Positions 32,301 to 42,427 of a stretch of DNA of 64,000 nucleotides are shown here, in pieces. Under the pieces are notes generated by a model. The model saw nothing but the letters and a program-made list of their open reading frames with translations, was not told the DNA's origin and did not search any database. Origin of the DNA: Trichomonas gallinae. Its lineage: Eukaryota. The stretch is taken from positions 1 to 64,000 of the forward strand of contig MRSU01006864.1 in the NCBI GenBank assembly GCA_008369845.1, given 5' to 3'. Every line of letters begins with the position of its first letter. The first letter of the stretch is position 1. The translations under genes and the position numbers were made by a program.

Positions 32301-33647
32301 AGTCGAATAATCAGATAAATTGATGTTTGGAAGCTTTGAAGTCAGACTTTCAACGTTTACGAGATTCTCAGGAACGCGAGCGATTGCTGTGAAATTTATC
32401 TTCTTGTTCTTTTGTTTCGTAAGGTAGCCTTCTGGTAACTGCGATGTTTCGAACACATTCGCATGTAATTCTCCGCTTTTATTAGGGAACTTGAAAACAG
32501 CAGTGCCAATGATTTCGTTCTTTCCTGATATCTGGACAACAATGTGCGTGTTCTCTGAAGGAGGCTGATCAAAGAATATTTGTAATTCGTCTCTAAAAAT
32601 AACTTCTTTGTTTGAAGGAATGGAAAGTGTGATGAATAAACGCTCAAGCGAAGAAGACTTAGATGTGACTAAAACTGGCAGAGGTTCGCCGTCTGGATCG
32701 TTTAAAACGTACATTTTCAAATTAATTAGTTCTTCTTTTGGAGCTGACTTTAAGTTGAGTCTGAAGTTCGATATAAAGTAGAGTGGCTGCCTGAATAACA
32801 GGTTATATGGGCGCATGATTGAAATTAAATTTCCTGAATTTGCGTTTGAATAAGGAAACACGAAATTATCAACTGAATCAACGAGACTGGTCTCGATATC
32901 CATACACATTGAAACTGGATCCCTGCATTCTGTGGAAACTAAAGATCTGATGATTGTATCATCCAAAAAATCTGTGATTTTGAGAAATGGATTCGGAAAA
33001 CTCAGATTTTTGATGAATCTTCCGTCATTTTCGAATATGCGAATAACAGAAACAGCGATGGGAACTGTAACTGCTTTATTTTTCGTACAAATGACGCATA
33101 AGGCTCTCAATTCTGGTGTATTGCTGACTTCGAAGAAGACAAATGGGTTTGATGTCTGTGAAAACTTGCAAATCGTGTTTTGTACTGTAAACCATAATCG
33201 ATCGCTGCAAGGAGTAAATTTAGTGCTGTTGTATAATTGTATGTATCCTGTACAGTCGTCCTTCATTTCAGAAACGAAGTTTTTCAATGCAAATAGCAAG
33301 ATTCCGGATCCATTATTAAACAAAGGTCTGATACTCTTGTAACTATCTACCTTGTGCGATATTGTGTTCTTTAGTGATACGAAATTTGTATCAATTGGGG
33401 TATTTTCGTCCATTAATTGGAAAATATCATTTTCGCTGACTTTTTCGTTTTCATCCTGTATTATGGGCGCTTCATTACTAACAGCATGATCGTTATCTAA
33501 ATTAGGACCCTGATTTTGCGATGATAAAAATGTGCTGGAATATTTGTAAACATTTTTGAGCCACTGGTTGTTAATTTCGTAATGCTGTTCCACAAATCCG
33601 TTGAAGTACTCGTTGCTTTGATTCGTCAGGCTTTGTGGTGTTGCCAT
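29397..33647 (-). CDS. Divergent DOCK-family-like protein (C2/DHR1 + DHR2-like)
   Basis: DHR1-like FRDELQIFF..NTHIVVQI and DHR2-lobe-A-like IADQYLEMPSMRVKWLRQI..AFVAQMHVVAL. The first ATG is at 33647. Confidence 0.7.
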   Translation of the reverse strand: MATPQSLTNQSNEYFNGFVEQHYEINNQWLKNVYKYSSTFLSSQNQGPNLDNDHAVSNEAPIIQDENEKVSENDIFQLMDENTPIDTNFVSLKNTISHKVDSYKSIRPLFNNGSGILLFALKNFVSEMKDDCTGYIQLYNSTKFTPCSDRLWFTVQNTICKFSQTSNPFVFFEVSNTPELRALCVICTKNKAVTVPIAVSVIRIFENDGRFIKNLSFPNPFLKITDFLDDTIIRSLVSTECRDPVSMCMDIETSLVDSVDNFVFPYSNANSGNLISIMRPYNLLFRQPLYFISNFRLNLKSAPKEELINLKMYVLNDPDGEPLPVLVTSKSSSLERLFITLSIPSNKEVIFRDELQIFFDQPPSENTHIVVQISGKNEIIGTAVFKFPNKSGELHANVFETSQLPEGYLTKQKNKKINFTAIARVPENLVNVESLTSKLPNINLSDYSTDVLTDNFIPLVSYLLENMDFETGSKLVELINRFPQNMVLSCLNQWSNHFYQPPKNYEEIFPKLSIVFSKLIEDSMTSQKTIQSISVTLTFLTQCINVCLKTEGIINNVRLILPFLNTCTCVVAKAIKLGTNDFANSPSTKLNESIAEIFLTLLEKSDKNDFINVSSFHIQNLRKTKDQSEYNIFLIFKFYQIMLSSKDFCQFATQKVNVDLINNGYSAYLKLLSPLFYFISNSVESDAVNPSTANLILHILNIFVLNGESLDSESRTKIASVLLPFLHITFSLFELPVIKKSKDNIDMIIAIVLFLIAYTPHRALQVFFESLSTMRISFIKFLTNVMEIAKRNPNQVFGHDVSKRLLNFALIIQSDFKDLENSIVDLLKSTMYPKQSPNNYSLIFRVGQKVIEFQTQEQIKQILVQSVNFMASKNKYEIATGVALILSSFKSDFNRNNTVSISSSGFMEVLASKLFTCSAASIQSIVSVLDILKSVAQNSTIFGEKSNQVVERINASYVVAECVETQRDAQFPADVNALNLKRIADQYLEMPSMRVKWLRQIVINNRLAEDYASAFVAQMHVVALCAAAYASKIGHNIKDNKREVLTMKRTLKREYDDDLFLECDFDFIPGLELEFDPKNTNVHKDLLQDFTEDSVIAELEFAENLCRMANLYHPLSSIHSLLIRGHHSIRDYKSISEDLKSFSSDCQKLVNKSQNLAFFMLEQRADGKVKREVFCLPPKDYQRTAALIAGNGRLSKPPKLCCIHSQQCSSEDGCCLVPLFPVVKNNIGFYNEFVSEPQFLNQQNTIIRVTTANYMPYYKMSDDIINYEMKIEELETLCEMKIDSDIKLLIEATEETKRWIPAPEEYIKPHVERLPQVLQSIINEEKHSGEYLKTLYRFNQSKAHDLAAKLSPAMVSALAAFSEASSSMNPANQSDNIAPMTFFAVNQFFGIFDVEYKPEKTKYAFVDTIDNELTFS

Positions 33648-33745
33648 ATACGAATTTTTGTCAAAATGACAAATTTGACACAAATTCGAAATTTACATGT
33701 CAAATGTAAGAAAAAAAAAGTATTTCGAGTTTAGTTTGCTTAGTG

Positions 33746-33852
33746 CTCTTCCCAGCGGTATCCCTCCCAGTTAAAGCTATAGATGCCGTAGTGCCATAAG
33801 AGTCACATATTAGAAAATCTCGAAAAGTTATAATTGACTCATAGTGTTTGAA
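33746..33852 (+). pseudogene. Relic of unknown multicopy coding sequence, copy 1
   Basis: Gap-free alignment to 34749-34855 and 49566-49625. Reads LPSGIPPS*SYRCRSAIRVTY*KISKSYN*LIVFE. Confidence 0.6.
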
Positions 33853-34748
33853 CACTCTCATCTCAATAAAAACAATAACAGATTTTTTTTTGTCATAAAA
33901 TAATTATTTTCACAAATTCAATGCGATTTAATGGATTCTAAATAATATAAACACATATATTTTAATAATTTGATAATATGAAATCAAATAATAAAGGATA
34001 TCTTAATTATTTCATTTCCTATTATTTTTTACTTTTTTTTTAATTGCTTAAAACATTGATTTTACGTACAGTTCTACAATAGGACCGCCTTACTGCCTCT
34101 ACAGTATTAATTGGGAAGAATATTCTTGTTTCCCGAGCATAACTTAACAAGTTTTGCTTTGCGATATAATTATTGTCGCGCCTAATTGGAGTATCAGTCA
34201 TAACATATTGGTGTTACTCTCAGTGTTTCAGCTTTCAAAAATTATTTTAATTAAGATCATCATCATAATACTCAGTCTACCATGTGGCATAATACCAAAA
34301 CTATGTTATATGATAGAATTCACTAGCAAATTTGCTTGAAACCGAGAATTCTAAGATCAAATAGAAACATGCTGTTTAGCTCAAGTAACTAAATATTTGT
34401 TATCTATATCAGCTTCTAAATCTAATCTTGAACATACCTTATGGAAACTCCATCACATTTTTATAAAGTAAAGGGATCGTGAATAAAAGCAAGTAGAGAA
34501 TGCCATAATAGATTTTAATCTGTTATCTGTTCAGCATTCAGCACAGACAAACGTAGGGGTATAGTTTTGTTTTTTGTTTGATTCTAATGAAGCTATTTAG
34601 TTATCTTATATGCTATTTTGGATCCCATGATGATCTACACCCTAAGAAAAGCAATATTGTAGATGGAAATACGATTTTAATACAATTGTGACAACACGAT
34701 TTTAATTTTTGAGGTACTCACCATAAGTGCAGGCAAAAATATCATCTA

Positions 34749-34855
34749 GTCTTCCCAGTGGAAACATTCCAAATGAAGGCTGAATATATAGAATGACTAT
34801 TAAGGTCACAGATTATAAAAACCTAAAAAATTATAAGAGATTCATGGTGTTTGAA
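34749..34855 (+). pseudogene. Relic of unknown multicopy coding sequence, copy 2
   Basis: Reads LPSGNIPNEG*IYRMTIKVTDYKNLKNYKRFMVFE and is colinear with 33746-33852. Confidence 0.6.
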
Positions 34856-35059
34856 TGACGTACTCTTCATCCTTAAGATATTTTGGAATAATCTTTGCGG
34901 ACAGCAAAAACTGGATGTTTTTTTTGAAAAAATAATCGTTTGTAAAATTTTGCATAGTTACCAGAAAAATAGTGGTATTATTTATATAAACAAACAAATG
35001 AACTGAAGTTCATATAATTATATACAAAATTCCCATTGGAAAGGATTTTGAATATGAAA

Positions 35060-35536
35060 TCACTTCCAAGCCAAGGGCAAAGGTTCGTTGTTAGGCTTGG
35101 ACATTTTCCTTGGAACAATTGTAGGGAATACTTGTATAACCTGAGTGTCCGACTTTTGAAGATTCTTGTACCAATTAAGAAGCTTGAGATTTGCGCTAAA
35201 AGAACCCTCAGCTCTAACAAATGTTAAATCTATGAGTCTCAAACAAGAATTTTCGAGAGCAACTCTGTCACGATTATTAGTAATAGAGATAGACTTAGTC
35301 AATTTTTGGCAAAGTTTCAAATTGGATCGTCCATTCTCATTTGTTGTATATATATGGTCTCCATCTTTGACTTCATAGAAGTCGAAAGAGAAATGTTTCT
35401 CTAAAATGGTATTGTTATGAAAACAGATAATGGGATCTGCGCATTTTAATCTATCTTCGATGCTTCCGATGATATCAGTGTGTTCAAATATCAGCTTGAA
35501 AACGGTCCCTGCTGGCGAGTGTATGAAGATATTCAT
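35060..35536 (-). CDS. Small ubiquitin-like domain protein
   Basis: MNIFIHSPAGTVFKL..CFHNNTILEKHFSFDFYEVKDGDHIY is a Ubl beta-grasp pattern. The ATG at 35536 is preferred; an upstream ATG at 35584 is possible. Confidence 0.6.
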   Translation of the reverse strand: MNIFIHSPAGTVFKLIFEHTDIIGSIEDRLKCADPIICFHNNTILEKHFSFDFYEVKDGDHIYTTNENGRSNLKLCQKLTKSISITNNRDRVALENSCLRLIDLTFVRAEGSFSANLKLLNWYKNLQKSDTQVIQVFPTIVPRKMSKPNNEPLPLAWK

Positions 35537-37942
35537 TAATTGAAATATTTTTATTGTTAGAGTATTGAATAAATTGAGAAGCATGGATCTGTACACTCCA
35601 ATAGTTATAATAATGCTGTGGGATGGTAGTACATGTGTCAGAAAATAAATAATAAATTAAAAATTTTTTACGTACTTTTTTTGGACGATTTTTTTGGTTG
35701 AATCATATTTGATTATGTGTTTAGAGAAGGATATATTCAAAAATCACGTTGAGGTATGTAAACATTCAAAATAAATGCTGCTGAAATTATGATATATGGA
35801 TATAAAATTTTTTAAACAATAGGGAAATTAAATTTAAATATAAAATATTGCTGGTTATGGCCTTGGAATGAAAATTACTCTACAATATTGGTTATTCATG
35901 TTTCTTCAATAAAAAGCTTTTCGTTTAATTACTTTCAAATATTTTTCTGTACTAAGGCACTGAATTTTGTTTAGTAATCAAATCGCAGCCTATTTCGAAT
36001 GCTAGGTATTATGTGTACAGTAGAATTAACGCAAAAAATGTTTTTCAGTGAATAAAGTGTTTCTCATTCCCTCAAATTTTTGACTATATTTTAGAAAATT
36101 GTGTTCCGATTCAAAAACTAATCGTGTTATTTTACAGCAATGTGTTTAAAAATGTCTCTATGTCATTATAAACTGGTTTATCAATTATTTGAAAGTAAAA
36201 TCAGATGTAATTGAATCGAGATATTATTATTAATTTACTTTCGTTCAGGTATTATATAGATTTCTTAATAGCGCTTATTTCAATATGGATAATAAATAAA
36301 ATAAAAAAATTCATATTTTAGAATTTATATATCAGTATCGATGAACGAGACACCCATATATAAAAACATTGTTTTTGTATGGTACCTTCGCCATTCAAAT
36401 TTGAGATATTTCATTTTTTGTCTTCATACTCGTTTGAAACTCACTCGGCTTCATATATAGATGCAATTTTTCAAGTAATAATCATGAAATTCCTATGATA
36501 TAAATTTCAAATAATTAATATGCACCGTGCTTCAAGTAGCCGGCTCCCCTAGTCATTATATATGAATTACCACATCAAAAGGTCATGTCTATCAATCATA
36601 GTTATAGTTAATCACCCATAGCAAATCCCAGAAAATAATTTTCGACTATAATTTCACATATATTGATATTCTCTATTAGATGAATGTTATGGTCTCATGG
36701 TCTCACTCTTATGCAAAATTGCATTTCGCAGATTTATATTGAAAGATCCTTTATCTATCATATCACTACTATAATCTCTACAATATTTTATTTGATACCC
36801 AAGATTTCCGATGACCTTCTTCAATTTGTGTTTATTCCTTGGTCAATCGAAACTTTAACTATTAAATTAGTATATACAACATGTATGCATTCAAATTCGT
36901 CTTCAAAATTGCCTCAATGACTAAGAATTTATTATGTTCAATATAATAGGCAAATAATTAACTCGTCATATATGTACAATTATGTTATTTGTGATGTCAT
37001 CTATATAATTCTCATTAAAAAATATCTACTATCACAAGATGATAAAACAATTGTGATTTATGTTATCGAAACCTTGAGAACTTGCCATAATATGATAAAA
37101 ACCATAACTGTGATTGTATTCTTTGTCGGAATAGTATTGGAATTTCAATAATTCGAGGAAAAATCAAATTTGTTTATTTTTCGATATATAGAATGAGTAC
37201 ATATGAACGGAAATATTTATCAAAAGTTGGTCGTTTGCCCTTACAAGGAAATCGTTAAGGAAATAATTAGGGCATCTCTTATGTAAAATACCACGCTATA
37301 TCTTCTTTTCTACCTGATGTTTTTGAATTGAAGGCGAAAGGCTTGGATATTATTGAAAATTATTCCATATTTCACAAATATATAAAAGCGTATTATAATT
37401 TGATTATTATATGTATCTATTTGTCCTAATTATATATCCTTAACTATTTATGCTCAATTCAATATAATATGCCGTTTACAATTAAAATTAACCTCGCATC
37501 TGTTATAAACTGCACAAATATGATTAAATTATGCAGTGCTGCTTGTTGCTAAAACTGGCACAAGATTCATAAATTTATGACACGGCCAATGTTTCAAACA
37601 ATCACTTGACCCTCTTCAAGGATTTGATATCTCAAAGTTATGCATCATCAACACTATACAAATATGAATAATATCTTTTGGTTTGAGCTGATTTAAATAT
37701 ATTTATAGATCTTCTTATTTTTCGAGAGAATCATTATGAGGTAAAAGACATATGTGATGTTATAATATAGATCGTATTATTAAAGTAATATAATATGCGA
37801 CATTAGTTAGTAAAATAATGAATAAGCTGAAGAAAATGATGATGAAAAAAGATATTATATTATCTGACATGTAAAATTTAGGTTTGGTTGGTATTATTAA
37901 AATCTGACATGTAAAATCTATGAGTCTTATGTAAAAGTGACA

Positions 37943-38332
37943 ATGTTTCAAATCTTTGCTTTTGTGAAATTGTGTAGATCTCAGGAGTGGTCTACGCCAT
38001 CTCCATCATACCCATCGAGACCAACTCAGCCACAGTGGCCTTCACCATCGCAAGAATGGCCTTCAGTTGAGTTTCCTATTCCAGAATGGCCTTCGCCATC
38101 AGAAAAATGGCCAGATCCGCCATATTACCCACCAGATAATCATAATGGATTGACTACATTTCAAATTGTAATGATTGTCGTTGGATCAATTTCCGTTGTG
38201 GCTATAATTGTAATTATATCAATTATTTTGTGGAGGAGAAAGCAACAAAATCTAAATAAGGCTCCAAAATACGTCAATCCAAATCGTTCTGCTCCTACAG
38301 ATTCACTTTTACAAAATACCGACGAATTGTAA
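37943..38332 (+). CDS. Small single-pass membrane protein with WPS-repeat ectodomain
   Basis: Short hydrophobic N-terminus, repeated (Q/E)WPSP, TM helix IVMIVVGSISVVAIIVIISIILW and basic stop-transfer RRK. AAAAGTGAC lies directly before the ATG. Confidence 0.8.
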   Translation: MFQIFAFVKLCRSQEWSTPSPSYPSRPTQPQWPSPSQEWPSVEFPIPEWPSPSEKWPDPPYYPPDNHNGLTTFQIVMIVVGSISVVAIIVIISIILWRRKQQNLNKAPKYVNPNRSAPTDSLLQNTDEL

Positions 38333-38715
38333 GGTACGATCTACGTGTTCAATTTACAAGCATGTATGTGATTATTATCTTTGGTTTCTTAACCATAAGA
38401 CTTGTATTTCAATATAAAATCTTTTTTATCAAAAAAACTCCACGAAATCTATGGAAGTCTTATCTATCACCGAATATTTATCTACTGTAAATCATCGAGA
38501 CAATAGAATTATTAGAATATTGGTCTAAAAAATTGATTTCCAAATCAATTTGAAAAATTAGATTAATAATTATCACCTATAGTCCATTTTGGAACATGCT
38601 GCACTTTATGATATAATAAATTAATTGAATTCGGAAATTATTTTATGAAAATAATAAAAACTAGAAAATGAAACTAATAACATTAAAATATATTCCATTA
38701 TCAAAAATAGTGCAC

Positions 38716-38925
38716 TATTCTTTAGAAGAAATAGATGGATTTCGTTTAATATTTTTTCGATAAAATTCAATACTAAAAATGGGTCCAATAGCCATATAAT
38801 CTATATTATTATCATGTAAATTGTAGTATTCTGTAGTACAAATAAATAAGTTTCGTTTAATATTTTTTCGATATATCAAAACTAAAAATTAAGTCCAATA
38901 ATTATGTAATATAGTCCATTAATGA
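38716..38925. repeat. Two-copy ~111 bp degenerate tandem duplication
   Basis: TTTCGTTTAATATTTTTTCGATA occurs at 38740 and 38851, each followed by ACTAAAAAT..GTCCAATA. Confidence 0.8.
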
Positions 38926-39090
38926 CAGCATTGTTTTATTAAAATAGGAAAAATCATCTATTTCTGTAATTTTCCTCCAAAAAATTTAAATTTAAAATTA
39001 GGCTAAAAATCATTGTTTTCTAATGAAATAAGCCTTTAGAATTAAAAACATAACAAAATAAAAAAAATATAAAAATAAATCGTTTATTTA

Positions 39091-41991
39091 ATGACATCAG
39101 AAGTTGGGACAACATTATCAACACCGTTTATTTTCCTTCGGCCCAGGAACAGGCGAGACGTTCCCCCGAAGAAAGCTCTGATGACAACGACCGTCCAAAG
39201 CCTCCTTAAAGTCGCATGTAGATTATTCAAAAACTACGGTGAGGTGAAAGCCATTTATACTGAATCTGGCGAGCTTGTCAAAGAAATCACACAAATCATA
39301 CCAAGCGCAACCTATTATGTTACTTCAATTTCTCCCGATTTTACAGAAGAACAAGATAACACAGGAATTGCCTCAGCATCCCCGGAGAAAACATCTGCAG
39401 CACAAAGCCCCGGCAAAATTAACTCCTCCAGATCGCTGAATAAGCTTTTCGGCGATGGAATGGTATTTACTCCTGAATACAGGCAGCTCCAAGAGCAGCA
39501 GATCCGCCAAGAGGAGCAGCAGAGAGCTAAGGAGGAAGAAGAAAGGCAGAAAAAGGAACAAGAGGCATTAATTGCAAATCGCAAAAAATTCACGAATAAG
39601 AAAGCGGAAGAGCGCAAAAAATCGCAAAACAGCAAGCAATCGTCACAAATAACCTCAACAGCAGAAAATGATTACGAGGAACCGCAAAATAACGTAGTTG
39701 ACTACGAATACGACGATTATTACTATGATGATGACTACGCGTCCCCCATTAAGACGCAGCGCGCCGGAAAAACGTCTCAGACTCAGCAAAGCGGAAAGAA
39801 ACAACTAATTACACCGCAGCAGTTAAGGAAGAAGAGATCGGAAGCCAGACAAAGGGCAGCATCTCCTATGATCGGAAAAGAAGAACGCAGCGACGCAAAT
39901 TCAGAAAAATCAAAGAAATCACAAATTTCGCAAATATCAAGCAAATCTCAAGTTACAGTCAAATCCCGTTCATCACGATCTTCTTCACCAACGAGAAGCC
40001 AGAAGACGACAAAATCAGCCTCATATCAGCGAACAGAAGAAGCCGAATACGATTATTACGATTACGATGACTATGGTTACTACGACTACGGATATTACGA
40101 TTACGAATATCAGAGCCCGGCAAAGGGACAACGTGGAGCACAGCAGGGCAGAAAATCAGCTGCATCTGCTTCATCAAGGAATTCAACAACGCCAACAAGG
40201 GCTAAGCTTTCAGCAGCTCGCAGCTCTCCAAGAAGCAAGTCTAATGCAGCAGCTCCTGAAAGAGCTTCAAACGCTTCTGAGCTTTCTGCAAAATCAAGCA
40301 AGTCATATTCACGTCAAAATACGATGAGACGCTCGCCGAAGAAACAGGAAAGGCCAAGCATCATTTATGACGAGGAGGAAGATCAATTACAGCAAGTTTC
40401 AGATAGAGGAGTTAAAAGATCCTCAAATAAGCAACAAAAAACTACAAAACGCTCAACAAAGGTAAACATTATCGATGAGGAAGAAGATGGTGACTTCGTT
40501 TACGAGAAAAAGCCAACAAACAGACGTTCATCGCCAAGTCGCGAAGACAGACAAGGAAATTTTAGCCTCAAAGACTCACAGAATGGTGAAGATAACTCAG
40601 ATGAGAATCTTCGCCGCTCACAAGAGATTTTAGAGCTTGATGAAGCGAATGATCAATTTATCTTTGAAGAGAACGGCCCACGCCACTCATCACTCGATCA
40701 AATGATCAAGGACATCCTCGGCGTTGAAGATGTTCCAAAGCCATTCATCAAAGCGATCGGACAAATGAAAATTCGCGACCGCAATTTCGTGAAAACTTGT
40801 CCTTATCTCGAATGTCTTCAGGAAGAGAACTGGTTCAGACTTAACCTCCAAAACATCAAAACCCATCTCCCAATGTCAGAAAACATCGCAATGAAAGAAC
40901 TTTTATCATCAATCTCTCTCAAACACATTTCGAAGCATCGCTTCCCACTCCAGAGCGGCTGCTCATACATAATGAAGTCAGCAATCGTTGGTCCTCGCCA
41001 CTCAGGCAAGTCCACATTCTTGTCCATTTTATCCGAGAATTTGCTCTGCGATCTCGTTGCGACAAACAAGTACAAGCACATGTTTGTCGTTGCCATCAAC
41101 ATTTTGGCTATTCGCGGCAGCTGCCAATCGTACGAATCTTTATACTCAACAATTGTTGACATCTGCATTGATTCACTGAGTGCTCAGCGCCCACTCATTC
41201 AGGAATACTTGCCACAAATCAGAAAACTTTTCAATTCTGTTGTTAAAACAGCGAAAAACTCACCATCTATTCCTATGTCATCCAAGCTCTACCAGGACCA
41301 GCCAGTCTTTGCACAGGCTCTTGCCAAGATCGCCAAGACGGTTTGGATGGCCTACAACGACGAATCAGCATTGGCCCAGTTTTTGACAACAGTTTTCTTG
41401 ATGCCCCGTATGTTTGCTGCGGCCGCCGGCTTCAGCGATGTCTTCATGATCATCGACAACTTTGATTACGCGACGTTCGATATCAACGATTCGTCGAGAT
41501 TCATGAAATCATCAAACGCCGTTCATCTTGAAGAGTACTGGAAGTTCTGCCTTTCAGTCAGCAACTTTGTTGTCAGCTGCGAGAACGAAGTCTCATTATT
41601 CTCTATTTTGCCTCCTTTAGTTGACGGTGGCATTGATCTTTCGTGCGGTTTGGATATAGTTTCCACCGTCGGAATGGCCGACGACACCGACGACGGCGTT
41701 TTGATCAAAGTCGACATCGACGGACACAAGAAGCCATTTACATTCACACGAGCTCACTGCGGTGGCATCGTTGCATTCGTAAACACATGGGATGAGCTCA
41801 ACGAGGAGTTCTCCAATTACGAGTCTACCCCCGACGAGAGCGACGATAAAGAAGAGATGAATCTTATGTTAGTTTCTATGACACAGGCAGTTATCGATGA
41901 CTTGTTTGTGTCTCCTAATGCTGTTAATGACGCCGAAGCTGAGCAGAACGCAATTCTTGTTACAGGAGTCCGCAGAGAGTTACGCAAGTAA
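39091..41991 (+). CDS. Doublecortin-like N-terminus, Ser/Tyr/Asp-rich linker, C-terminal P-loop NTPase-like domain
   Basis: 966 aa ORF. DCX-like VQSLLKVACRLF..VKAIYTESGELVKEITQI..YYVT; Walker A GPRHSGKST; Walker B-like VFMIIDNFD. Confidence 0.65.
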   Translation: MTSEVGTTLSTPFIFLRPRNRRDVPPKKALMTTTVQSLLKVACRLFKNYGEVKAIYTESGELVKEITQIIPSATYYVTSISPDFTEEQDNTGIASASPEKTSAAQSPGKINSSRSLNKLFGDGMVFTPEYRQLQEQQIRQEEQQRAKEEEERQKKEQEALIANRKKFTNKKAEERKKSQNSKQSSQITSTAENDYEEPQNNVVDYEYDDYYYDDDYASPIKTQRAGKTSQTQQSGKKQLITPQQLRKKRSEARQRAASPMIGKEERSDANSEKSKKSQISQISSKSQVTVKSRSSRSSSPTRSQKTTKSASYQRTEEAEYDYYDYDDYGYYDYGYYDYEYQSPAKGQRGAQQGRKSAASASSRNSTTPTRAKLSAARSSPRSKSNAAAPERASNASELSAKSSKSYSRQNTMRRSPKKQERPSIIYDEEEDQLQQVSDRGVKRSSNKQQKTTKRSTKVNIIDEEEDGDFVYEKKPTNRRSSPSREDRQGNFSLKDSQNGEDNSDENLRRSQEILELDEANDQFIFEENGPRHSSLDQMIKDILGVEDVPKPFIKAIGQMKIRDRNFVKTCPYLECLQEENWFRLNLQNIKTHLPMSENIAMKELLSSISLKHISKHRFPLQSGCSYIMKSAIVGPRHSGKSTFLSILSENLLCDLVATNKYKHMFVVAINILAIRGSCQSYESLYSTIVDICIDSLSAQRPLIQEYLPQIRKLFNSVVKTAKNSPSIPMSSKLYQDQPVFAQALAKIAKTVWMAYNDESALAQFLTTVFLMPRMFAAAAGFSDVFMIIDNFDYATFDINDSSRFMKSSNAVHLEEYWKFCLSVSNFVVSCENEVSLFSILPPLVDGGIDLSCGLDIVSTVGMADDTDDGVLIKVDIDGHKKPFTFTRAHCGGIVAFVNTWDELNEEFSNYESTPDESDDKEEMNLMLVSMTQAVIDDLFVSPNAVNDAEAEQNAILVTGVRRELRK

Positions 41992-42427
41992 TTATAATAT
42001 TTTTGATGTTTTATTTTTATTATTTTTGAAACTTTTCACTATATATAAATGATATTTCTTTTACATTTCTTTTTGATCCAACAAAGCAGTTCATTTATTT
42101 TTGATTTCGATAAATTCAATATTGTTTTCATTGTATGGCAATTGAATCGCTGCATTATTGAAGCCTATAGAAATATTATTATATCTCCTTGATTGATTGC
42201 CGTTTTTGATTCATATATATTAATAAAAATTGCATCTGACTTTAAAACTTTACAATGTCAAAAATCCTAGTCAGATTATTATATTTTTCATGTTATAGCA
42301 TCTTTCATGTCTTCTAAATGGGCTAGAAAGAATAAAAATTCTAGTTTCACGCTAAAATGCATTTATACCGAACCACGACGCGTTTTACTAGTTTCCAAGA
42401 GAAATATAGATTAATTTGTTTTCTATA

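Noticed and set aside
33746..33807. 5S rRNA-like 3' half (minus strand) or H/ACA-like hairpin ending in ACA (plus strand)
   Set aside because: The similarity covers only about 25-30 nt, with no 5S 5' half or box A. The upper stem is not conserved in the other two copies, and the substitutions fit a codon pattern better.
35600..37900. 2.3 kb ORF-poor stretch as a possible transposon or pseudogene
   Set aside because: No TIRs, TSDs or recognisable peptide motifs were found by eye. A translated search would be needed.
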